This document shows positions 26,901-39,514 of a stretch of DNA of 64,000 bases, in pieces. This DNA is from Octopus sinensis (Eukaryota): positions 58,652,001-58,716,000 of the forward strand of contig NC_042998.1 of NCBI RefSeq assembly GCF_006345805.1. Direction: 5' to 3'. A program made the translations under genes and the position numbers. Below the pieces are notes generated by a model. That model was not told where the DNA came from and did no database searches. It saw only the letters and a list, made by a program, of their open reading frames with translations. Position 1 is the first letter of the stretch, and each line of letters opens with the position of its first letter.

Positions 26901-26958
26901 TCCCTCCTCATTGCAGGAGCCAAAACTGTAGCCTCCATGTATGCCATGGAAGCCCTCG
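23923..26958 (-). mobile_element. 5'-truncated RTE-clade (RTE-X-like) LINE pseudogene with 3'UTR and (GAT)n tail
   Basis: Fragments: endonuclease end (QHRLVV), KAPGPSGITAEML, NYRGIKLL..FGFVPGKSTTDAIF..FVDMEKAFDRV, ELLYADD (~25370), YLGD; tail at 23925-23945. Confidence 0.92.
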
Positions 26959-27547
26959 AAAAGAATATGATTTAGACCCATACTTGCAGATCAAACAGTG
27001 CCTAAAACTTCAATATCTCCAAAAAGGTTGGCTACCTGTGAAAAGCTGCAACACTGGAGAGTTGAATTCACAGCTAGAGGATAATGATTGGCAGATATAT
27101 GGATTAGAAAGAGAGTCTTTTAAAAGGAGCATATTCTTTCTTGCTTGTAATTGCATTGCTACCTTTCTTGACAATATTAAACAAAGCTAAGGAATGATAT
27201 TAGGGAAAAACAGATGAAAAATTAATCATTATTTGTTCACGGATTAATTAAAGCTTTAGGAAAAGACAAACAATCAACATGATGCCAAAATGAAAACTGT
27301 GAGAGTGTTAAGTGACATAAGGATGACTTTCAGAAATGAAAAAAGTGCCATGATGCAAATGATGCAGGGAAAATTCAGAAAAATGTATTGAAATATTTCG
27401 TTTTTGGATTTGGTTTGCAAGATTCTTTATATGAGTTCGTGTGTTGAAGCATATTCTATTGTATCTGGAGAGAGTCATTTTCTTTTTGTGCCTTATAATG
27501 TAATATACTCACCGGTAAAATTTCCACTTTTTTTTATTTTTATTTTC

Positions 27548-27584
27548 CTAAAATTTTCGTTGCATCTTGCAACCTTTTCAATAA
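27548..27584 (-). ncRNA. Minimal HHR-like motif, U3-A8 core variant
   Basis: Minus strand TTA TTGAAAA G GTTGCA AGA TGCAAC GAA AATT T TAG. Confidence 0.55.
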
Positions 27585-27649
27585 TTTTGACTCTCTTTTA
27601 TTAAACTTTACTATGTGGTTTTTCAAGGTGTTTTATTTAAGAGTCAAAA

Positions 27650-27686
27650 CTATTGAAAAGGTTGCAAGACACAACGAAAATTTTAG
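27650..27686 (+). ncRNA. Minimal HHR-like motif, U3-A8 core variant
   Basis: CTA TTGAAAA G GTTG CAAGACA CAAC GAA AATT T TAG. Confidence 0.55.
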
Positions 27687-27829
27687 GAAAATAAAAATAA
27701 GAAAAAAGTGGAAATTTTACCGGTGATTGTGTTACATTATAAGGCACAAAAAGAAAATGACTCTCCCCAGACACAACAGTGTATTGAAATAGATCAACCT
27801 AATGATAAGAATATAATATCATTAAAAGT

Positions 27830-28170
27830 ATAAGTGTGTGTGTTTGTGTGTGTGCTTGTGTACACGTGTATTTGTATGTGTGTTTGTGTGTGTTTGTGTG
27901 TATTTGTATGTGTGTGTGCCTGTCTATATATCTTGTATAATCTTGTATATATCCTGTAAAGCTATGTATTTTTTGTCTTATCATTTGGATTATGTATGTA
28001 TGCATGTATGTATGTATGTATGTATGGATGTATGTATGTATGTATGTATGGATGGATGGATGGATGGATGGATGGATGGGTGGGTGAATGGATAGAGGAA
28101 TAAATGCATGGATGGATGGAGGGAGGGATGCATGGATGGATGGATGCATGGATGCATGGATGCATGCAAA
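27830..28170. repeat. Compound (TG)n, (ATGT)n, (ATGG)n microsatellite
   Basis: Direct reading. Confidence 0.9.
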
Positions 28171-28870
28171 ATTGGAAAGTGATAAAGCCAAAAGTACAGA
28201 AATGAATGTGGATAAATATCATACAGGCAATCAACTTGCGAGTAGGATCACTAATAAGATATGGAGCAGGAGTTATTGAGTAGCAGAAGAATGAGACGAA
28301 GGATACTGATGGGAAGAATGAGCTGAATGATATGAAGGAAGCAGCTCACAATGTACAGATGCATGCATCTCCAATTAAATGTGGGTCAAACAGAAAGAAA
28401 AAATGAAAGTAAATGGACATCAAAGACATACGTACTTGAACTAGAGAAAACTAGTCTAGATGTCTGTGTAGAAGAAGTTTTTGGAAAAGAAATAGTGAAG
28501 AACTATTTACAGAATTTGCAAAAAGTGGAAGCAGGAATATGTGGAAATCAAACTGTAAGAAGATTAACTTTGTGTTTTTGTAAAAACGACTGATAAGGAA
28601 TGACAAAATAAGAACAGATATGAACAGCAGGCAAAGAAAAACAAACTTTTATCTAGAAAAGACAGAAAAAGAAACTCAAAAACGAATTATACATCCGCGT
28701 GCCTGAGTTGTAGTTTGAGTGGATGGATAATTACACTAATTACTTCAACATTACCATTTAACAGCAGAATAATAATAATAATGATAATAATAATAATAAG
28801 CCTTGCAGATAGTTTCAGTCAGTAATGAGTTCTGCAATAAATTCAGTGTGCAAGTTTGGGGTTTTATCAA

Positions 28871-30972
28871 TGTTGTGAATTATAATATCCTATAATATCC
28901 CGTAACTTAGCGGTTCAGCAAAAGAGAATGATAGAATAAGTACTAGGCTTACAAAGAATAAGTCCTGGGGTCGATTCGCTCGACTAAAGGCGGTGCTCCA
29001 GCATGGCCGCAGTTAAATGACTGAAACAAGTAAAAGAGTAAAAGAGTATCATTAATTCCTTGTGACAACAGTAAAAAATAGATAAATATATATATATATA
29101 TATGTATATATCTTATCTTGTACTGAGTACAAAAATGCAGCATAGTGTCGAATGACATTGATAGATGGATACTGTCTTTACCTAATATAAAACAACACAT
29201 CTTAACCATTGGATAGCTGTGATTAACAGATAAGACAGCAAATCAGCTGGCAAAGGTCAACATAAGCATGACAATAACCTCAGGAGATTTATTCAGGCAG
29301 CCGAAACATAACATCTAGCATGACCATCAATAAGAGCAAGAGTCAATTCTCTAAGAAGCAAATCAGCTTTCTCGGACATATTATTGGAAATTCCACAATA
29401 AAACCTGACTCTAAACGGTATCAAACTCTACAAGATATGCCAGAACCAAGAACATTGAGAGAATTAAATCGAATAATAGGCATTTTTGCATATTATGCAA
29501 AATGGATACCTAAGTGCTCCAAACTCACCATTCCACTCAAGAGTCAGAGAGAATATCAACAATGCAGGACTGCAATTGCATCTCTCAAGACTGCATTGGT
29601 AAATGCCATACTTGCTGTTCCACAATCTGGAATACCACTTACCATTGAAACAGATGCTTCTGACCTAGCCTTGGGAAGGATGCTATTACAACAAGGAAGG
29701 CCAGTGGCCTTCTATTCAAGGTCCCTTTCAAAAACTGAAAAACACCAACCCATCATTGAGAGAGAAGCCTGCACAATCATAGAATGTTGCTGCAAATGGT
29801 GCCACCTAATACATGTTTCTTCATACTGCAACATCATCACCAATCAACACTCAGTAGCGATGATCTTCAATAAGCAAGGGACAACAAAAATGAAAACCAT
29901 ATACGGTGGTGCTTGGACCTCTCGTACATAAATTACACAATCTCCTATAGACCTGGAACTTAAAACAAAGCAACAGATGCACTATCAAGATGTGCAGAAA
30001 CAAGAGACACTACAACACTAGTAACCCTTTACAAACAACTGTGCCACCCAGGAGTGACCTGCCTACTTCACTACTGTAAAGTATGAGACCTGTTGTTCTC
30101 CATCAACAAAATCTGTGAAATGACACTTGCTTGCTCTACATGCAACAAACTCAAACCCCACTTCCACAAACCACTTATGGGTCAATTACTATAGGCATCA
30201 AGACCTTGGGAGTGCCTCTCCATCAACTTCATTAGTTCCTTGATATCAACCACACAATACCGTTACTTATTGGTAATAGTCGATGACTACTCAAGGTACC
30301 CATACACATACCCATGCAAATACATGAGTATGAAAAACAGTAATTTCCCACCCTCTCAACCTCTTTTCATTGTTTGGATCACCAAGTTGTATCCAATCTG
30401 ACAGAGGAATCCAATTTGATAATAAGAAGCTCCAGGACATCCATCATGCTAAGGGGACAATAAAAACAATAGAACATCTCAATATTGATGTCAAAGCAAT
30501 GGCCAATGTGAAAGGACCAATAGTGCCCTCATGAAGACCATAAATCTAACACTTAGTTCCCAACAAGATGGAGGACAATCGTTGATGGCCCTTCCCATGG
30601 TGCTATCAGCCATGAGAGGATTCCACTGTACAGTTACCAATACAACACCTCATGAGCAAATGTTTGAATTTTGAAGATCATTGGCAGGCTGTTATGAATT
30701 ATAATATCCTATCATTAATTCCTTTCTACAATAGTAAATAGTAGATGAAAATATCGATATCTTATTTTGTATTGAGTACGAAAATGCTGCATAGTGTCGA
30801 ATGACATAGATAGGTGACTACTGTCTTTGCCTAATATAAAACAGTGCATCTTAATTGCTGGGTAGCCATGATTAATGGATTAGATGGCGAGCAGAATAAA
30901 GTTTGAATAAAAGCCTTCTTCAAACTGGTTTATGACAATCAGGGTTCAGTTCTTAGTACCCAACCTTTAATA
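28871..30972 (+). mobile_element. Internally deleted Ty3/Gypsy LTR retrotransposon remnant
   Basis: Diverged direct repeats starting tgttRtgaattataatatcc at 28871 and 30690; pol fragment FLGHII..., TIETDASDLALG..PVAFYSRSL..IIEREA (RT end/RNase H), then decayed integrase. Confidence 0.85.
28900..29047 (+). mobile_element. SINE family A 3' half inserted in the 5' LTR
   Basis: ccgtaacttagcggttc...aaaagagtaaaagagt, absent from the 3' LTR. Confidence 0.85.
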
Positions 30973-30984
30973 TAGTCCACCGAG

Positions 30985-31790
30985 CTTTAGAAAGAGGAAT
31001 TTAATACCAGCTGTCCTTGGGAATTCCAGTATGCGACTGATGACTTAGTGCTTATAGAAGACTTAGTAGAAAAACTAAAACAAAAATTCCAGACATAGAA
31101 GGAGAACCTGGAATTGAAGATCCTTGAAGTAAATTTAGTAAAAACATAAGCATCAAGGAAATGACCATGCTCTATCTGCAAAACAGGAGACAAGAGTAAG
31201 TCCATAAATGTGCCCAGTGTAAACAACAGATGCACAAAATGTGTAGTGGGATCAGAGACATGCTAAAGGAGAAAGTAAATTTCATATGCAACAGATGCGC
31301 TAGGTCAAAAAGCACATGGAAAATAGATCCTCTCACATGCTTGGATGGCTCCCTTGGATTACTTTTTTTTACCAATGGACATAATTAATGGGGATGGGAG
31401 TTCTGAAAGTGTTACCACTTGAGTAGGAATGGATTGAAGTGTTAGAGAAGTGTGATGTTGCCTGGTAGGAAGATGAAGGCTCTTAATGTTAAAGACTTGT
31501 AAAGATTAGAAAAAAGGAGGCAAGCATTATTTGCTGGATGTGCCAAGTTAGTGTGCATGCATGACGAAATATAAAACGAATTAAGACACAAAATAGGTAT
31601 AAGAGTAATCAGTGTGGAAAATAGGAGACTGCAATCATATTGGCATGTGAGGCAGATGGAGGATGACAGTTGTATAAGCAAGTCCTGGGTGCTCAAAGTG
31701 AATGATACCAGTGGAAGAGGAAGACTGAGAAAAATTTGGTATGATGTGGGGAAAAATGAAAGCAAGATGCTACACGACAAAGGAGATGGA
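30985..31790 (+). mobile_element. Older degraded RTE-type LINE RT fragment
   Basis: QGSVL, YATDD, PCSICK and LQSYWHVRQMEDDS..GRGRLRKIW similarity to the 23923 element. Confidence 0.7.
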
Positions 31791-34417
31791 AAAGGAATTT
31801 GTCAACAGCCAACATGCGTTGCTGCAGCAGATCTGACTTCCCATGCAAGATTGGCAAAATATTCAAAATACTGGTGTAGTGCATGCATCCCACTATCTAT
31901 TACCTCGTACATACACCCTGCAACCTATTTCATATTCTCTACTATCACATCTCCCCACTATCTCTTTCCCTACAAATTATACATACTCTATACTCTCATC
32001 TTTCCATCATCTCTTCCCTTACTGTATTATAATCAAGAAGAAAGTACTCAATGTGTACATTTTGAATATCTTCCCCTCCTTAAATCCACCAACAGTCTCT
32101 TCCTACCTACCTTCCTCTATTCCCCTGAATCATAATGCTTGAGTTGGAAGGGGCTGCACTCAGGCAACCCTGCCATCAACTCCTTAATTCTTATTTAATT
32201 TTGCTCCATTGGACATGTTACCATGAGGATACACTTGCTTCTCATCATCATCACCTTATGTCTCTCCTTCATCCCCCATTCTACCTTCTTATATATAACA
32301 GAGGTTTGCACTATATTACCTCCTGTTCAACATTCCCCACCATCCCTATTACTCTTTCACTCTCTCATACTACTTTTTCCCCTTCCATTTTACTACCTTC
32401 TTCTTTAACACTAATTTAATCAATTTCCTTCGACCCTCTCTCAACAATAAACTATGTAATTCCACTAAGAACTGACTTGGATCCTGGCCAGGCATGGATA
32501 ACAATGCACCCATGTGGGTGACATGTAAAAGGCATCCACTACACTCTTGGAACATTTGGCATCAGGAAAGGCATTCAGCCATGGAAACAAGCTAAAATCA
32601 GACTGAAACCTGATGTATTTCCAGTTAAACCGTCTAACCCATGCCAGCATGGAAAGTGGAAACTAGATGATGATGATGATACTATGATAATATGATATGA
32701 GAACACTGAGTCTCTCCAACTTAGCCAGACACTGGATCTCACTACTTAACCTATCTCATTTACCCTAACCATTTTTAACCCCAGCAATTGCTCTTTCCCT
32801 TTCTCCTGTCTCCTCCATTATTCCTTTCTTCACTGTTTCTTCTGTTACTCCACTACCATTCTCTCAATAAATCTATTCCTTCCATTATGGTTTAACGCTT
32901 ACTATTTATATTTCAAATATATAAAAAAAAAAGTCTTTCACTTTTTGCTCAGGGAACTTTTTTTGTTCTTGACATTGCTAGGAAAAACATCTGCATTTTA
33001 TCCTGGCAAACACTTTCATGCATAGATAAACAGTCCCACTTTCCACTTGGTAAACAACACTTTTTGAATTCTTTTGAAGCTCAACATATGAACACATACT
33101 GTGACAAGCAGAATGATAAAACAAGGAAAGAAAAATAAATAATGAATGATATATGATATAGAATAATGAGTAAACATTGAGTTAGTATTATAAAATGGTA
33201 CAATTTTTGACAGTTTGGAATAAAGTTTGAATTGATTAATTTCATTTTCCATGAATGATGTTTGAGATTTGGTAAGGGAGAAGTGGTTTGATGGTGGGTA
33301 GTAGAGAAAGGGTAAATGTAGAGTGAACTAGGCATCAACTCATGATGCAATATCACATATACAGGTAACATGATGGGAGAGAAAGATAGTGTGATGAGGA
33401 TAGTGGTAAAGAGAATTAAATACATACACATTTAATACCATTCTTTATTCTACATGATGTATGGTGTGTGTGTGTGTGTGTAAGTGTAGTAAAGTTTTAC
33501 ATATATAATATAGTGAGTTGAAAAGCTTCAGTTACCTTAGATAGAATATGATTAGAAAACACTCACTCCCTTAAGGAGTGTTACAAATCTCAGAACAGCA
33601 AGCAAAGGAGATTAATAATATCTCCTAATCCAAATTTTCAGCAAATAAATACAATAAAAGAAGAACGGATCTTTAAAACTAATAGGCATAAGGAATAGAC
33701 ATGTTTTGATCGTATTCAAACTCATTAGCAAGGTATGTATAGTCACCTCAGCTGACTACACTAAGAAGTGACTGAATTGTATAAGAAAAGTCATAATGTG
33801 ATAACGAATAGTACTGATAGTACTGTGATTACATACAGCAGAATTGGTATTAGTTTGAACTCAAGAAATGGGGAAAAAAAAAGAAATGTCTTTAACATTT
33901 TGTCCATCTACTACAAGGCTTCAGGATTAGGTAGAGCATCAAACCACCAAAACCAAACTGAAAACAAAACTTACAGGTGGCATTTGGTTCTCTGACCTGT
34001 CTGGGAGAGCAGTAACATCCTATCCAGCCAAACTAAAAGGTAAATAATGATGATATATCAATGTGTAAAATCTCACCGCTGAATAAGGTATAAGGTAGCC
34101 ATCAGATTGTGAGTGTATTTTGTACAGAAAAGAGCCAAGCAAAAGACAGATTATTGCTCAACAGCTATTCCATGAAGCCCATAAACAGAAAGAAAGAAGG
34201 CCTAGATCACTACTGACAATTTGAACAGACATTTTTAAGACGTATGTGGAGAAGTAGTAGAGCCAGACTAAATAGCTTACAATCATCCTCATCATTTAAC
34301 ATCTGGCAGAGTTTCTACAGCTGGAAGCCCTTCCTAACACCAACCACTCCAAGAGTCTAGTGGGTGTTTTTACATGCCACCAGCACAGCTTATAATATTT
34401 ACTTATAATCATCTTTG

Positions 34418-34808
34418 CAGTGGTAAGTAGCTTGCTTACCAGCCACATAATTCTGGGTTCAGTCCCACTGTGTGGCACCTTGGGCAAGTGTCTTCTATTA
34501 TAGCCTTGGGCCAACCAAAGCCTTGTGAGTGGATTTGGTAAATGGAAACTGAAAGAAGCCCGTTGTATATATGTATATATATATATGTGTGTGTGTGTAT
34601 TTGTGTGTCAGTGTTTGCCCCCCCCCTCAACTTCACTTGACAACCGATACTGGTATGTTTACATCCCCGTAACTTAGTGGTTCAGCAAAAAAAACCAATA
34701 GAATAAGTACTAGGCTTACAAAGAATAAGTCCTGGGGTCGATTTGCTCGACTAAAGGCAATGCTCCAGCATGGCCACAGTCAAATGACTGAAACAAGTAA
34801 AAGAGTAA
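34418..34808 (+). mobile_element. SINE family A
   Basis: High similarity to 4753-5167. Confidence 0.9.
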
Positions 34809-36039
34809 ACAATAATTTTGAAATGATCAATTTTGAAATATGGGGATATTGGTGAGTGTTTGTGTTGGAAAAATTAATCTATAGAAAGATGCATTTAGTG
34901 AGTTGATTTATCACAAGGAGAAAGTGTTTTTAGAAATAAAAAATTTATCTGTGTCCAGTAACATACTAGAGTGAAATATATTGCTTGTGGCTTCCTCCTA
35001 TCACCATCCTGAGATTAAACTTGTGCTTAGTCAAATGTTAGATATGTTTAAGTTGTATAAGATTAATTGGACAAAAACATCTAAGAGTGGTTGGCCAGTT
35101 GGGAAGTTTAGCTGATAGGTGGGTGGTTCATGTCTTGTCATTACAAGAACATCAAGCTTTCAAATGGCTCAGTCAATGTAACTGTGCACAAAAATCACTG
35201 CTCCAAGGAAACTAAAATCACTGGCAAAAATCTAACATCCACACTTTAGTTATCTCATAGATAATGAAAATGATTAAAAATAACTCTGCCTCTGCCATCA
35301 ACCTTCAACTTACCCCTCCCACCCTCTTTCCCTCATCCAGTCATCAGCATGGTTTCTATAGCACCAAACCTATCAGAGATATGTTTATCACATTTTTAGA
35401 ACTCTTCTTCCATGTCCGACACAAGAACTTTCAAGTATATATTTCAAAAATAGATTTCATTCTTCTTGGTCTGCTCCAATACAGTATCTGACATAGTTAT
35501 TTAAACAATATGAGTCATCTGTGCAAAACAAAAGACTGCAGACAGCATGGTTTAATAAGGAGGAAGTGGATGATGAGGAGGACAAGGATCCTTTCTACTA
35601 TAAGCGCAAGCTCTGAAATATTTGGAAAGAAGGCTAGTTGACCACATTCACCAGTACTCAGTTGGTATTTATTATATTGATCCCAAAAGGATGAAAGACA
35701 AAATCAAATGGACATCTTGATTTTAACAATGAGGATTCAGTTGTTCAATCAACTAAATTACCTGCTAAATGAACTAGCTTGGAAGTAACTGAGCATTCTG
35801 TAGAGATGTATACCATTAATGAAATTCTCATATAGAATTACTATGACATGGTGCATGACAATGTTGTGCCTTTTGTTTACAGGCTTCCATAGCGAATATT
35901 AAATACAGAGGTTGCGTGAATCTTAGGCAATATTGGCAGTAAAAGACACATGTCTGAATACCATGGAATAGGATTGAACCTGGGATTTCCTGACTGTAAA
36001 TGAAAACTTCTTCACCAATCAGCCATAGGCAATGTGACT

Positions 36040-36358
36040 GATGCTGGTGTCATGTAACTGGTACCCATGCCAGTGGCACATAAAAAGCACCTTTTGAGTG
36101 TTGGGCCTCAAGGAGACAATGACAAATGACAGGGACCTGTGGAAATATGCTATACAGGAGAAGATCCATCAAGTCAAGTGAAATTGTAGTCATGGTGTCA
36201 TGCAGCTGGCCCCTATGCCAGTGGCACATAAAAGCACCCAATACACTCTTGGAGTAGCTGGCATTTTAAGTAGGGCATTGAGCTGTAGAAACCATGCCAA
36301 ATCAAATCAAAGCCCTTTAGCTTACCAGCCCTGCTCATTAAATGATGATGATGATGTG
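36040..36358 (+). mobile_element. RTE 3'UTR fragment (similar pieces at ~32490-32680, 37255-37355, 38280-38600, 59738-59900)
   Basis: gccagtggcacataaaaagcacc units and (GAT)n tail. Confidence 0.7.
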
Positions 36359-39150
36359 AGAAAGACAGAATTTGTTGAAGCAAATTTTCTTTGACTAAAT
36401 GCCTTCCTAGCCAAACAATGTTTCTAAGCAAGGTAATAATCATTTAATTCATCAACAAATATACAATCTAAGCATGGTTACAAGCTAATTTTGTTCACAA
36501 AAATTATATAATATCTCGAGAAACTTGTATATGCTTGCGCAGTATATTACACCATCAATATTGAGAGCAAGGTTGTTGTCAACTAACAAATAGAAAGAAA
36601 GAGAAAAATGAAGCCACACAGTTATATGCGTGCATACATACATATAAATATGTATACATAGGTTTTGTATATGTATGTATGCATATGCACACATGCACAC
36701 ATGTATGCACACACACACAAACATAAAATATAGGTGACTTCTTTTCTGTTGCTGTTTGTGCTTTATGACAAATGACCATGACAACCCATGCAAATATGGA
36801 AATGCAGTCGTAAAATGACGAAGCAGTATGTATGCATGCATTTATAAATGAAATATGCGTGCAGGTGTATGATTAATGTCTTCAGTGTGCAAAGGTGTTT
36901 TGTGTATTTATGTATAAAGATAGTTAACATTAATGATTATTGACTACTAAAGAAGTGCCCTATATTTGAAGTGTCAAAATGACACAGTGATAACATACAG
37001 AGATCAATCATAGTTAAGAATAATTTGATATTGTAAAAGTTCTAATTTTCTTTTTAGGTAGCATGACATGATTGATAGTATTTATCTATGGCACGGAAAA
37101 AACACTGATACTCGTTATTCTCATCTTGAACATTGAACAGAAATAATTTTCTCACAAAACAATGTTTAAGGCATATTTATTTAAAACTATATGAATGTTT
37201 GTAACCATTTTGCTTAATTATTTCCATTATTGGAAATGATAATTAAGACTATATGGATCCTGGTGCTGTTCCTAGCCTTGCCAGCTTCTGTCAAACTGTC
37301 CAATCCATGCCAGCATGGAAAACGGACCTTAAATGGTGATGATAATGATGATGAGTTGTACACACAGCTGGTGGTGATATATAGTTTTAGTGATGTTTGG
37401 GATGATAATGACAGTGGAGGGGATGAGATTAATAATGTTGTGGGATACTAGAGTAGAACTGATGTTCGCTAGCATTTTATACCTAAAACTGAGATATTCA
37501 ATATATTCATGTATTTTTAAGACAGTAAATGGAATTTGAAGGAGACTCGAGCCCTATTTCTAGTATACTGACTGCTAAAGGTCTGCCTTGCCAACTTCTA
37601 GTATTGAGGTGCTGGTTTCTGTAGTGTTGGAGCAGGTGCTGATAGTGTTAAATAAAAATAATGAGGATAATGGTTATAGTAATGGTGATGATTAAATTAG
37701 TCAGTGTTATGATTTCAATCATCATCCTTGACAAAAGTTCTTTTGCTATCTGGCAAAAGACATAGAGCTTTACTGATACATCTTCAGTATATAAGTTTAC
37801 TAAATGACTTATACTATTTTTGGCATTTTAAAATGAATAGCTGTTTTACTCTAAGGAGTAATAGATTTTAATTTTACAGGTAATGGTCTTTGGTTTTGAA
37901 TAGATTCCAGTTGGCTAAAAAACTGAAGTTAATCCTTTCCTAAAATAGATTTAACAACATTGCTTTGCTTTTTCTTAAGTTTCCTGAGTATTGAGCAGAT
38001 TAAAGATAACACTTTAGAATTTTCCCTTATATCAATCTTGCTGATTTTCCCAGTTAGTTGGACATGAAAAGTGAGATAATGTAAAACTGTTCAGAGAAAA
38101 AATTTTATAACACCTATCTACCTGCTCAGCTTTATTCTCTCCCTTTTCTCAAACTTATCCTATAATTCTTTCCCCCTTCCTTTCCATACTCCCCCATCCA
38201 CTCTCCTTGCTTAAGATCATTGCTCACTCTCTTCTGTTTTCCCTTAGTTAAGGGGGCTTTGAAAGTTATAAGATTATCATTACTAGTGCAGGTGCCATGA
38301 AAAAAGCACACATTGCACTCTATAAAATAGTTTACATTAGGAAGGGCATTGAACCAAACTGGCTTCCATGCCAGTGGCACATTAAAAGCATCATTTGAGC
38401 ATGATGGTTACAAATGTCACCTTACTGGCACTTGTGCCGGTGGCACGTGAACAAAACATTTGAGCAAGGTTGTTGCCAGTGCGAGTGAACTGACTCCAGT
38501 GCAGGTGGCACATAAAAAACACCATTTCAAGCATGGCCATTGCCAGTACCGCCTGATTGGCCCTTGTGCCAGTGGCACATAAAATCACCCACTACTCTCT
38601 CGGACAACAAACACTACGTAAGTGGAACTGGGAAGCGCACAGTTCAATACAAGGATTTTTGTATTTTTTTCATAAACTAGGGTATGGCTACTGACATTAA
38701 GCTTAAGGATTATATAATGTACAAGTATAAGGAAAGAATTAAAGAAAAAAGGACTCATTATAATGAATGTTATCGATAATATCGAGTGGAAATAGGGGGT
38801 GCTGCAGTTCCGCAGATCCTATACACGAGCCGCCACCGGTTAATATTTATATCATCATCTAACAGTCATTTTTTGCATTCTGGCACAGGTTAGACAGTTT
38901 GAAATGAGCAGGTGAGCCAGAAGACTGCAACAAAGTGTCAATGCCTGCTTTGATATAGTTTCTACAGCTGGATGACTTTCTCAATGCCAACTACTTTACA
39001 GAGTGCACTAGTTGGTTTGTACATGGCACTGATACTAGTGAAGTCACCAAATAACACGCAAAACATAAAGTGGCTGATGTAACAGAAGTAATGTGACCTA
39101 AAACTGACAATAAAAAAAAATATATTTTATGTTTGCTAAATCATTCATTG

Positions 39151-39222
39151 AGTAGAGTGGTACAGTGGAAGTGTGCTGGACCCATAACCCAGAGGTGTGT
39201 AGAATGACACCATGCTTCAACT
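39151..39222 (+). pseudogene. Initiator tRNA-Met pseudogene
   Basis: agtagagtggtacagtggaagtgtgctggacccataacccagagg matches the eukaryotic tRNA-iMet 5' part with CpG-type substitutions; CAT anticodon kept, T-arm/B box degraded. Confidence 0.8.
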
Positions 39223-39464
39223 GAGTGGTAGAGTTGTATAGAGGGAGGTTGTTTTATGCAAGATAATGAGAGGTTAAAGCATGATAGAGGAATAGGTGTC
39301 TTGTTGCTAGGGAGAGACACAATTACTCTGTTGGAAAAGAAAGAGAATAGTGAAGGTGTGTCAGGTTAAAAATTGTGTCAGTTCTTATTGTGGTGCTAAT
39401 ACTGTACTCAGCTTATTTCATTTATATATTACTACACAGTTTATACACACACACACACACACAC

Positions 39465-39514
<50 letters not shown>

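Larger units (their letters stand above)
27396..27779. mobile_element. Fold-back pLTR-like element with an HHR variant in both arms
   Basis: Inverted arms ~27455-27595 and ~27640-27779; 12 bp TSD tgtattgaaata at 27384-27395 and 27780-27791. Confidence 0.8.
22200..28800 (+). mobile_element. Highly degraded R4/Dong-like non-LTR element hosting nested insertions
   Basis: Remnants VRKWEADGEDLLHGYWFNML (~23530), CINF|..KEYDLDPYLQIKQCL spanning the RTE insertion, KINHYLFTD (~27220), (AAT)n tail ~28768-28799; clade assignment is inference. Confidence 0.5.

Noticed and set aside
33695-33732. Minus-strand CTAATGA..AAAACATGTC HHR-like remnant
   Set aside because: Two core changes and no stem I; too degraded to call
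38365-38595. CRISPR-like repeat-spacer appearance of gccagtggcac..aaaa units
   Set aside because: Eukaryotic context, degenerate repeats, no cas genes; part of the RTE 3'UTR
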